From contig JAYUEN010000386.1 of the NCBI GenBank assembly GCA_043739185.1, forward strand, positions 32,001-96,000: 64,000 nt of DNA. The letters are read 5' to 3'. The DNA comes from Bdellovibrionales bacterium. Its GTDB lineage: Bacteria > Bdellovibrionota > Bdellovibrionia > Bdellovibrionales > JAMPXM01. Below are positions 56,077 through 64,000 of this stretch, in pieces; the first letter of the stretch is position 1, and each line of letters opens with the position of its first letter. Below the pieces are notes generated by a model. It ran no database searches, had not been told where the DNA came from, and saw nothing but the letters and a program-made list of their open reading frames with translations. The position numbers and the translations under genes were made by a program.

Positions 56077-57795
56077 TTGAAATTTTCTGAGCTCCATCTT
56101 CATCCTCTTTTAGAGGCAGCAATCGAAAAGTCGAAATTTACGGAGTGCACACCTGTTCAGGCGGCAACCATTCCTCACGTTTTAGATGCGAAAGATGTCG
56201 CAGGACTTGCACAAACTGGGACGGGTAAAACCGCTGCCTTCTTGCTTCCACTTATGGATCGAATTTTGCGCAGCCAAGAGGCCGGTCGTGAAAATTCAAA
56301 TCCAGAAGAAGCAGCTAAGACACCTGAATATCCGACGCGTATTTTTCGCGAATGGCATAATCGTCATTTTGTTTTGATTTTGGTTCCGACCAGAGAGCTG
56401 GCTGAGCAGGTCTATGAAAATATCAATACCTTAAAAGGCGAAGCCAAACTACGTGCGGTTTCAATTTACGGCGGAGTTTCTTACGACAAACAAAAGTCCG
56501 CCCTCAAAGAAGGTGTCGAATTTATTGTTGCGACCCCGGGCCGATTGCTTGATCTCTACAAAGAACATTTAATTGATCTTAAAGGTGTACGCGCCATCGT
56601 TTTTGATGAAGCCGATCGCATGTTTGATATGGGCTTTAAAGACGATATGAAATACATTTTGAGCCGCGTCCCCAAAGAGCGCCAGTTTTTGGTTTTCTCT
56701 GCAACTTTGAATCTAGATGTGATGAATACGGCCTATCAATATGGAGCCAATCCGGTTGATATCGATGTCAGTCGTGATCAAGCCAAAGCCGAGAACGTGG
56801 TTGATAAAATATTTCATGTCGGAAGTAACGAGAAGCCACAATATTTGCTTTCACTCTTATTAAAACATAAGCCAAAGCAGACAATTATTTTTAGTAATTT
56901 TAAAATGAATGTGCCGAGGGTTTCGCAATTTCTAAATGAAAATGGACATCCTTCAGTCGGAATTTCAAGCCTGATTACACAGGCACAGCGCAATCGCGTG
57001 ATGAGCCAATTCAAGTCAGACAATGATCAGAACATTTTGGTGGCGACAGATGTTGCGGCCCGTGGCCTTGATATCAAAGGCGTCGATATGGTCATTAATT
57101 TTGAGTTGCCTGATGATCCCGAAAATTATGTTCATCGAATTGGTCGAACCGGCCGTGCAGGCGCGAGCGGTCTTGCTTTTAGTTTTGTTTCAGATCGCGA
57201 TGTCGATGCCCTGAAACGCGTTGAAGATTATCTTCGTCACAAAGTAGATGTTGCATGGCTTGAAGATGCTGAGATCATCAAAGACTTCAGACCCCTTCCG
57301 AGCGATCGTCCGCAAAGATCAGGTCCTCCGCCAAGAAGTAGTGGTGGCAGTGGTCGCGAGCGTGAAGGTGGCGGACGAGATCGATTTAGTCGACGTCCCC
57401 CGCGCGGCGATCGGCCACCACAAGGTGATCGCCCTCCCCAAAGAGCTGACCAAAGAACTGATAGTCGAAATGACAATCGCGGCGAACAGCGTAATGATCG
57501 GGGTCCAAACAATTCTCAGCGTCCGCAAGCTCGTGGTCCGAGACAAGGCCAGCGAGATTATCGCGACAATGACCGAAATGCGAGTGGCAGCGGAGGTGGC
57601 AGACCAGGGCCACGCCAAAATCCAAATCAGAATCCAAGTGCACGCAGGCCTTCTGGCCCCCCAAGAAATTCACAAAATGCGGGCGGCTCATCGCGACCTC
57701 CACATAATAAAAATCAAAAACCCATGGCAACAAAGCCGGCACCAAGCATAGGGCAAAAAGTTACCGGATTTTTCAAGCGCCTATTTGGCGAATAG
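56077..57795 (+). CDS. DEAD-box RNA helicase (RhlB-like) with long disordered C-tail
   Basis: AQTGTGKT, PTRELA, TPGRL, DEAD, SAT, ARGLD and HRIGRTGR motifs. Confidence 0.96.
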   Translation: MKFSELHLHPLLEAAIEKSKFTECTPVQAATIPHVLDAKDVAGLAQTGTGKTAAFLLPLMDRILRSQEAGRENSNPEEAAKTPEYPTRIFREWHNRHFVLILVPTRELAEQVYENINTLKGEAKLRAVSIYGGVSYDKQKSALKEGVEFIVATPGRLLDLYKEHLIDLKGVRAIVFDEADRMFDMGFKDDMKYILSRVPKERQFLVFSATLNLDVMNTAYQYGANPVDIDVSRDQAKAENVVDKIFHVGSNEKPQYLLSLLLKHKPKQTIIFSNFKMNVPRVSQFLNENGHPSVGISSLITQAQRNRVMSQFKSDNDQNILVATDVAARGLDIKGVDMVINFELPDDPENYVHRIGRTGRAGASGLAFSFVSDRDVDALKRVEDYLRHKVDVAWLEDAEIIKDFRPLPSDRPQRSGPPPRSSGGSGREREGGGRDRFSRRPPRGDRPPQGDRPPQRADQRTDSRNDNRGEQRNDRGPNNSQRPQARGPRQGQRDYRDNDRNASGSGGGRPGPRQNPNQNPSARRPSGPPRNSQNAGGSSRPPHNKNQKPMATKPAPSIGQKVTGFFKRLFGE

Positions 57796-57821
57796 TAATC
57801 TCATCTAGGTAGTCTGAAATT

Positions 57822-57847
57822 ATACAACCTCCCAGGTTGTATTTTTT
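57822..57847 (+). terminator. Intrinsic terminator after the helicase gene
   Basis: ATACAACCT-CCC-AGGTTGTAT followed by a T-run. Confidence 0.7.
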
Positions 57848-57904
57848 CAGAGTGCCACAATTTGTTTGTATCAAGCGCCTAAGCCGCGAAAACACTGATT
57901 GAGC

Positions 57905-57920
57905 TGGCATAAATCCTGCT
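57905..57920 (+). promoter_or_regulatory. Putative sigma54 promoter
   Basis: TGGCAT-AAATC-CTGCT with exact GG-N10-GC spacing. Confidence 0.55.
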
Positions 57921-57949
57921 TTTGAAAACTCACTTTGGAGAACAACCGA

Positions 57950-58936
57950 ATGAGTTTTCGATGGGTCGTTATTTTAATACTACTCAGCTTTTCAAAGGCT
58001 TGGAGTGCAGACTTTATCTGGGATGAAAATCCTGATCGACAGGCGCTTACAACTTTGCAAAATACACGCGGCCTCAAAGTCTTTTGGTGGAATATTCATG
58101 ACGGCAGACCTGCGAAAGCGCCGACCCCTGACTTGAGCAAAAATTTACTCACGCTCATAAATTCTGAGCTCGCTCCCGATATTCTCAGTTTTGCTGAGTA
58201 TCAGGAACAATCAATTGGCTCTGAAGCGCTTTCGGAATTGCGCGCGAAATACCCGTTTAACATGAGCTGGAGCTATCCTTATCATGAAGGATTTGGGCTG
58301 GCCCTGTTTAGCCGTTATCCGATCACGCTAACAAAAATATCAGCGCTCGATGTTGCCTCTTTGAGCCCAATGAGTAGCGATGAGCAAGAGCAGTATCGCA
58401 ACTTTTGGTGTGGCTCAGATATAGGTTGTACGAGACTATTTACAAGCTTTGATATCGATGTATTGGGAAACAATATTCAAATTGTACCGGTGCATTTGTT
58501 TGATGTTTGGAGACGGTACAGTCAACTCAATGGTCGCATCAAAACGGCGAGAGAAATTGCTTTTGGAAAAGACAATCCATTAGCCAATCAGCTGAGCCGC
58601 TTTTTAAATATGCTCAATGAAAAATTACTCCCACAAGTGCAGGTCCCAGCAACAATTGTAATCGGCGACTTTAATATTCCCCGGGCCCTGGTGGGAGTTC
58701 ATCCAAAAATGTACAAGAGTCTCAAGCAGAATTTAGTCGAAGTTTTTAGTGAAGATACTACGAGTTTTCCGGCGAAGTCGGCAGATGAAAGAGGACATTA
58801 TCCGCAAATGCAAATTGACCACGCCTTCTTAGCTGGCAATCTTCAAAGCTCAGGTGCTCAAATTCTCCCGCTCAAGGGCTCGGACCACTATCCTATATAT
58901 ATGGTTGTTTCGACGCCAGCTTTTCAATCTAAGTAA
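57950..58936 (+). CDS. Secreted endonuclease/exonuclease/phosphatase (EEP) family protein
   Basis: Signal peptide, WWNI, DILSFAE, VHL, IGDFN, IDH and GSDHYP motifs. ATG 57950 follows GGAG. Confidence 0.88.
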   Translation: MSFRWVVILILLSFSKAWSADFIWDENPDRQALTTLQNTRGLKVFWWNIHDGRPAKAPTPDLSKNLLTLINSELAPDILSFAEYQEQSIGSEALSELRAKYPFNMSWSYPYHEGFGLALFSRYPITLTKISALDVASLSPMSSDEQEQYRNFWCGSDIGCTRLFTSFDIDVLGNNIQIVPVHLFDVWRRYSQLNGRIKTAREIAFGKDNPLANQLSRFLNMLNEKLLPQVQVPATIVIGDFNIPRALVGVHPKMYKSLKQNLVEVFSEDTTSFPAKSADERGHYPQMQIDHAFLAGNLQSSGAQILPLKGSDHYPIYMVVSTPAFQSK

Positions 58937-59085
58937 TTCGTAAATTGGCAACTTCGTTTAGAAGTTAGCCAGAGCCTAAAATGAGCCAAGCTCTGTCAAT
59001 TCGATCCATTAAAAATAAGTTATGAGATTTAGAGAACATAAGTCGTTCGATCTATAAGAGTTTCTCACATTCAAAGTGAAATTTT

Positions 59086-59101
59086 TGGCACATAGATTGA
59101 A
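59086..59101 (+). promoter_or_regulatory. Possible sigma54 promoter
   Basis: TGGCAC-ATAGA-TTGAA: perfect -24, but -12 is GA instead of GC. Confidence 0.4.
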
Positions 59102-59149
59102 CTATATCAATTCGTTATCAATTAATTTATTTAATGGAAGGATCAATTT

Positions 59150-61180
59150 ATGATTTCTCGTTCATGGCATATTAAGCCAGTAATCACCGCATTTGTTCTC
59201 GCCACAATGGCAATGAGCAATGTTCAAGCGTCCACTTATCAATGTATTGCTCAGTTTACCACTTTAGATGCAGTTAAAAAAGACATCAAAAAAATGAAAG
59301 AAGAGCAAGTAAAGCGAGGAGAGACTCCGCATCCTGATGTTGAGACGGCTCTTCTATTAGAATATATGACGGAACAATATTATAAAACAATTGATTCGGT
59401 TACAGACTACTCGACGACAAAAGAAATGGAGCAGTACGATTCGAACGTAAAGTATCACACCAATGCCAATGAAGCTTTTTCTTCAATCATACATGCAATT
59501 GAAAATGCGAAATATACGATTGATTTGACCTATTATATTTTCGCTCGAGACGATATCGGATTTACAATTCTTCAAAAAGTTCAAGAAGCTCATCGCCGCG
59601 GTGTTAAAATTCGCGTGATGGTTGATTCTCTCGGCTCGCCACATCCATTTCATGGAGAGTTAAAATCTCTTCTGAGCGAAAAAGGTGGTCAGATGAGAGA
59701 TACCAATGGCGAATTGATGTTTGAAAGCAACGGCAAACCAATGCTTGCTACTGTTGAAGTTAAAGTATTTCAACCCATTATCAATGTTCCAGTTCATTTA
59801 GAACTTTTCATGGCTAAATCTTTAAAGGCGTTACATGGTCTTCCAGTTGCCGTAATGGATAAACTCAATGATCTTTTCGGCCGAGAAGTATTCAAAGGCG
59901 AAGGATTCAGAGAGAGATTTGCTACCTACGAAGCCAATCATCAAACAGCTCAGGCTGTTTACAGCAACCGCAATCGCCGTTCACATGACAAAATCATGTT
60001 AATTGATGGTCAACATCCAAACGATGCGCGTTTTTTCACGGGCGGTCGCAATATGGCCGTTCCTTACTACGGAATTCCAAAAGTAGATGATAAAACATTT
60101 CACGATTTAACAGTTGAGATCAGACCACTTAAAGATCAAGTTCATCACGTCGGTCTTGAGGTGATGGATTACTACAATAAACTGTATTATCACTTGGCGA
60201 ACAAAAACCTCTCGACATGGTTTTTAGCTATGAAATTGTCGCTCTATCAGAAAAATATTGGTAAAATGAATACAACTGCGGGCACTATTTTAGATCCAAA
60301 CACAGACGTAGGCAAAAAATACTTGGAGCTTAAGAGTGACGTCGTAGACGGAGTGAACGGCTTTGCGCAAGGATTTAAAACAGCAGCAGTTCGTTTGGTT
60401 GACGAAATCGAAAATATTTCTCGCAAACATGCGGTATTGAATCCAGACGATCCACAAAACAGAAAAAATGCCGACTCGATTACTGAAGATATTTATCGTT
60501 CGATCAAATTGGCTAAGAAAAACATCAAGATTATTTCTCCGTACTACTTTTTGTATCCTGAGCAACTTGCAATCTTGGCGAAATGGGTTTCGGAAGATCC
60601 AGAAAGAACAATTCAAATTTTTGGAAATTCAGTTTACTCAGCTGATAATATGATGGATCAAGCTTTGACCGATCACATTGTTGGACCAGCGCTTATGAAT
60701 GGTTTTCCTTATGCTAAGTTCGGAACTGAAAAGAGTTCAGAAAAACCATTTATTGCGCCCAAGAGCTATCTCAACATCACTCTTCCAGATGGAACAATTT
60801 GGAATAACTCCCGTGGACAAATTCAAATGCTTGCAATGGGTGCGGCACCTGAAGCCGGCCAAAAGCTTGCGCAAATCGGAAAGCTTCATGAGAAGAGCTA
60901 TATCATTGACGATTACAAAGTAATTGTTGGTACTTCAAATCAAGATCCACGTTCGATGAATGAAAACGCCGAAGTGGGAGTTCACATTGAAGACAAATAT
61001 GACAATGGTGTGCATGATGCATTACTTGCGGATGCCAAAACGTTGTTTCAAGGCGCAACAATTTACGGAAGTACACAGTGGCAGCAAGTAAGAGATGATA
61101 AACTCAACAGATTTAAAAAGGCCCAGTGTGATGCTATGTGGCACCTAGCAAAACGCAAAGGTGTTTTGGGTAATTTGTAG
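59150..61180 (+). CDS. Secreted phospholipase D superfamily protein (two HKD motifs, ClsC/YmdC-like)
   Basis: Signal peptide, IDLTYYIF, RRGVKIRVMVD, HDKIMLID, GGRN, ISPYY, HEKSYIID and GTSNQDPRS motifs. Confidence 0.9.
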   Translation: MISRSWHIKPVITAFVLATMAMSNVQASTYQCIAQFTTLDAVKKDIKKMKEEQVKRGETPHPDVETALLLEYMTEQYYKTIDSVTDYSTTKEMEQYDSNVKYHTNANEAFSSIIHAIENAKYTIDLTYYIFARDDIGFTILQKVQEAHRRGVKIRVMVDSLGSPHPFHGELKSLLSEKGGQMRDTNGELMFESNGKPMLATVEVKVFQPIINVPVHLELFMAKSLKALHGLPVAVMDKLNDLFGREVFKGEGFRERFATYEANHQTAQAVYSNRNRRSHDKIMLIDGQHPNDARFFTGGRNMAVPYYGIPKVDDKTFHDLTVEIRPLKDQVHHVGLEVMDYYNKLYYHLANKNLSTWFLAMKLSLYQKNIGKMNTTAGTILDPNTDVGKKYLELKSDVVDGVNGFAQGFKTAAVRLVDEIENISRKHAVLNPDDPQNRKNADSITEDIYRSIKLAKKNIKIISPYYFLYPEQLAILAKWVSEDPERTIQIFGNSVYSADNMMDQALTDHIVGPALMNGFPYAKFGTEKSSEKPFIAPKSYLNITLPDGTIWNNSRGQIQMLAMGAAPEAGQKLAQIGKLHEKSYIIDDYKVIVGTSNQDPRSMNENAEVGVHIEDKYDNGVHDALLADAKTLFQGATIYGSTQWQQVRDDKLNRFKKAQCDAMWHLAKRKGVLGNL

Positions 61181-61210
61181 TCTCAAATAAAATTTCAGTA
61201 ATTTTTATGG

Positions 61211-61239
61211 CCGCCTCTAGAAATAGAGGCGGTTTTTTT
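61211..61239 (+). terminator. Intrinsic terminator after the PLD gene
   Basis: CCGCCTCTA-GAAA-TAGAGGCGG followed by T7. Confidence 0.9.
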
Positions 61240-61780
61240 ATTCAGCCCACTTAAAGGTGCGCATGATTTGATTGCAATCTTTTAGCGAGTTTCTGAAGTT
61301 GCTTTCGTCATCTTTACAAGTAATGACCATAGCCTTTTTCTCTTTTAAGAAAACCACTTGGCGAATTTCTTTTCGTGTATCTCGTTGAATAAGATCGATG
61401 GCGTAGCCGAGCATTCCATTTTGCTCAAATGACTTATTGCCAAGAATATCGAAGCCATATTTGGGATACTCTTTTTGCCAACGCTGAGTATAGCTCTGAA
61501 GTGTAGTTTCTTTGGCAAGTTTATCCATGCGCAATGTAAGTGATGCGTTTGACTTTTGGGTTGGCGTGAAAACCCCCACAATAAAAGAATTGGATTTAGG
61601 GATGGTACTCATCTTCCAGCCAGCAGTCGCTGCCGCAATTTCAAAACCCACCGGCGACTTGAATACTCCGAGGGTCGGGGCCACAGTCGTCGCGCCAGGA
61701 ATAGGTGAAGCCATTCCCAAACTAGATTGCGCCATAAGTCCGGCGACCAAAAAGCGAGTGACTAAAAAACCAATTTTCAT
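61238..61780 (-). CDS. Secreted hypothetical protein (possibly PsbP/DcrB-like fold)
   Basis: Signal peptide; ATG 61780 with a GGAG SD. The fold suggestion is tentative. Confidence 0.7.
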   Translation of the reverse strand: MKIGFLVTRFLVAGLMAQSSLGMASPIPGATTVAPTLGVFKSPVGFEIAAATAGWKMSTIPKSNSFIVGVFTPTQKSNASLTLRMDKLAKETTLQSYTQRWQKEYPKYGFDILGNKSFEQNGMLGYAIDLIQRDTRKEIRQVVFLKEKKAMVITCKDDESNFRNSLKDCNQIMRTFKWAE

Positions 61781-61796
61781 AAAGATCTCCCTTTTT

Positions 61797-62942
61797 TTAT
61801 GGTATCTCATCTAAGCATGCATGTGGAGAATTATAATCCATCAAATAGATCTGATTTTTACCGCTCAGATTGCTAGTAAACAAGATTTGTTTACCATCTG
61901 GACTAAAGGCTGGCAAAATTTCATCAAAAGCATTCTCCGTTAAGCGTTTGAGGCAGAGGCCCGCAATATCTAAAGTATAAAGATTAAAATGCACGCCATC
62001 GCCACGATTTGAGCTGAATACAAATTCTTTATAAATGGGATTAAAATACGGAGTCAGGTGAAGGGCAGCTTTGGTCGTAAGTGCATGTGGTTGCCTGGCC
62101 AAAGCATCTCCTAAAACTATTTGGGAACTTTTGGCGTCGAGCGCGTATTTTATCCACAAAATTTGATCGGTCTGCGGAACAAAAATTGGATTCGCATCGT
62201 AATTATTATCATTGGTGAGTCGAGTGGCATGACTTGCGCCCAGCTTTTTTGTCCATTCGCTCAATTGAAATGGCATGAGGTATAGATCTGCATTTCCGTT
62301 TCGTGTGGATACGAAAACGATTTTATTTCCCTTTGAATTGAGACTTGCTTCGGCATCATAACCAGCAGATTTCGTCATGCGATAAATTTGGCTGCCATCA
62401 AGTTTAGACAAATAGATTTCAAAGGGTTTGAAATCGAGCCCATTTAATTGAGCCCGCTTTTTCACTAAATTCGGCGCATAAGTTTTCATTACGCTTGAAA
62501 TAGCTTCACTTTCCTCTTTGATTTCATCGGTCGTACTTGAGTATAAAATAAAATTGCTATCTGCTGTATAAACCGCGTCGGCGTCATCGCCATCGTGAAA
62601 TGTAATTCGGCGTTCACGCATATTTGTAAGATTGAGTTCGTAAATTTGAGTTTGCAAATGTTCGGGCCGCTTTTGGCTGTGGTAGATAATTTTTTTTGTA
62701 TCAATTGCAAAATAGGCCTCAGAATTTTCACCAACTGAAGTGAGAGGCTTCACTAAAATATTTTTTTGATCTAAAAAAGGACCGGCCTTGATGCTCACCG
62801 GTTCAAGTACCGGAACCGGCACTTCAATACTTTTTGGAGTTATCTTTTTTGCCGAACTGGAGCATCCCGAAATACACGCTAAGGAAATTGCATAAAAAAG
62901 GACTGTAATAGAGGCTAAGCTTCTGAGATGCATTGATTTCAT
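61797..62942 (-). CDS. TolB-like PD40 beta-propeller lipoprotein
   Basis: ISGC lipobox, GENSEAYF, YDAEA, IVFVSTRNG and PAFSPDGKQILFTSN. Confidence 0.85.
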   Translation of the reverse strand: MKSMHLRSLASITVLFYAISLACISGCSSSAKKITPKSIEVPVPVLEPVSIKAGPFLDQKNILVKPLTSVGENSEAYFAIDTKKIIYHSQKRPEHLQTQIYELNLTNMRERRITFHDGDDADAVYTADSNFILYSSTTDEIKEESEAISSVMKTYAPNLVKKRAQLNGLDFKPFEIYLSKLDGSQIYRMTKSAGYDAEASLNSKGNKIVFVSTRNGNADLYLMPFQLSEWTKKLGASHATRLTNDNNYDANPIFVPQTDQILWIKYALDAKSSQIVLGDALARQPHALTTKAALHLTPYFNPIYKEFVFSSNRGDGVHFNLYTLDIAGLCLKRLTENAFDEILPAFSPDGKQILFTSNLSGKNQIYLMDYNSPHACLDEIP

Positions 62943-62988
62943 AATTCATTTAGACTGTCCCTAAGCTGAGAAATCGTCAAAGAATAAT

Positions 62989-64000
62989 TCAAATGCTTAG
63001 CGAGATCAGCTTTGAAATTAGCGAAGCGGGTGATATTCCCGAGATATTTTTAGACTCCACCCAAATACCATTTAAAAATTTAGCCTCAGAGGCACTTTGC
63101 TTTCTTTTCGGGCTATTGGGCGTTACGTATATTTCATGATGGGTAATGCAATGTTTGAATAGATATTTACTAGGGGCTGATTTCTGAAGAAACGCATTTC
63201 CGGGCGGAAGCCAATGTTTCTTTAAAAAGGGTGCATAATCATTTTTTACAAAAAAGAATTTGTTGTTTTCAAAGATAAGCTTGGGCCGCCAAAGCCAAAT
63301 TTCTTTCGTTCTGCGAGGTTTCGGAAGTGGCAATTGTTCTGTTAAATTTTCACTAAAAGCCACACAATGTTTTTTTAAGGGACAAAGCAAACAGGCTGGC
63401 TTTTGTGGCGAGCAAATACTGGCGCCAAGCTCCATTACGGCTTGGTTCCAAATTGATGGTTTTTCGACTTGCGCCAACTGATCGGCCAAAAACTGAAGTT
63501 GCTTTCGTTCCTTCGGGAGCCACCATTTCATTTTCAATCCAAAAAAACGCGATAAAACTCGAATCACATTGCCGTCTAGAACGCCAAGTTTCTCTTCAAA
63601 ACAAATACTGCTGACGGCTCGAGAGGTGTACGGACCGAAACCAGGTAATTTTATAAGTTCTTCGGCGGTATCAGGAAAAGCCTTTGCATTCAGAATTTTA
63701 GCTGTGCGATGAATATTTCGAGCTCGGCTATAATAGCCTAGGCCTGACCAATTTTTCAAAACCTCAGACTCTTTGGCATTAGAAAGTTGCTTTATGTTTT
63801 TAAAATTTTTTAAAAAATTTTCATAAAAAGGAATGACGGCATTCACTGTCGTTTGCTGAAGCATGACTTCTGAAATCCAGACTCGATAGGGATCTTGATT
63901 TAAACGCCAAGGCAAATTGCGTCGATTTTTTTGGTACCAATCAAGCAATGCCCTTTGCGCATTTACATTCGGTCGCTGAGCTGCGGCAAGTCGGTCAGAT
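62989..64000 (-). CDS. mutY: A/G-specific adenine glycosylase; reading frame open to window edge
   Basis: RNLPWR, VWISEVMLQQT, WSGLGYYSRARN, LPGFGPYT, DGNVIRV and a four-Cys Fe-S motif. No in-frame stop upstream of 63948. Confidence 0.95.
   Translation of the reverse strand, partial: SDRLAAAQRPNVNAQRALLDWYQKNRRNLPWRLNQDPYRVWISEVMLQQTTVNAVIPFYENFLKNFKNIKQLSNAKESEVLKNWSGLGYYSRARNIHRTAKILNAKAFPDTAEELIKLPGFGPYTSRAVSSICFEEKLGVLDGNVIRVLSRFFGLKMKWWLPKERKQLQFLADQLAQVEKPSIWNQAVMELGASICSPQKPACLLCPLKKHCVAFSENLTEQLPLPKPRRTKEIWLWRPKLIFENNKFFFVKNDYAPFLKKHWLPPGNAFLQKSAPSKYLFKHCITHHEIYVTPNSPKRKQSASEAKFLNGIWVESKNISGISPASLISKLISLSI

Noticed and set aside
57237..57751. Several overlapping alternative-frame and antisense ORFs in the helicase tail
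   Set aside because: Explained by GC-rich low-complexity coding sequence with few stops; no SD or recognisable motifs.
57950..61180. EEP plus PLD as an anti-phage defence system
   Set aside because: Both have signal peptides, the PLD has two HKD motifs of the lipid-enzyme type, and there is no defence-island context.
36037..63948. ung, nth and mutY in one window as a DNA-repair island
   Set aside because: They are 8-18 kb apart in unrelated operons.

Overview
A gene-dense bacterial chromosomal window made up mostly of core genes. The gene set and style (stand-alone flbD-motAB, a FliG-C-like protein, many secreted Cys/Gly-rich hypotheticals, an FNNC-type lipoprotein) suggest a Bdellovibrionota-like predator, but this is inference. 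Recognisable blocks: flbD-motA-motB; tolQRAB running into glnE and a Pro-rich cyclophilin; rrf2-sufBCDS-nfu; ftsEX-envC-ctpA; def and ampG; menD-menH divergent from DAHP synthase-menG; ung; ddl; nth-doxX-thiBPQ; add; transketolase and alcohol dehydrogenase; tatA; pcnB; a DEAD-box helicase; an EEP hydrolase; a phospholipase D; mutY. The clearest non-housekeeping structure is a ~0.8 kb HUH/Y1 (RAYT-type) transposase element bounded by three copies of a 27-29 bp repeat. The outer copies encode the 3' ends of both flanking host genes (menG and ung). Other candidates: a divergent sigma28-type module (PilZ protein versus FliG-C-like protein), two secreted Gly/Cys-rich proteins sharing a C-terminal motif, a DEAD-box helicase ending in a MinD-like membrane-targeting helix, a catalytically degenerate GDPD, and a recurring leaderless-promoter layout. 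I saw no rRNA, tRNA, CRISPR array or prophage. All calls come from reading motifs by eye; no database searches were run.
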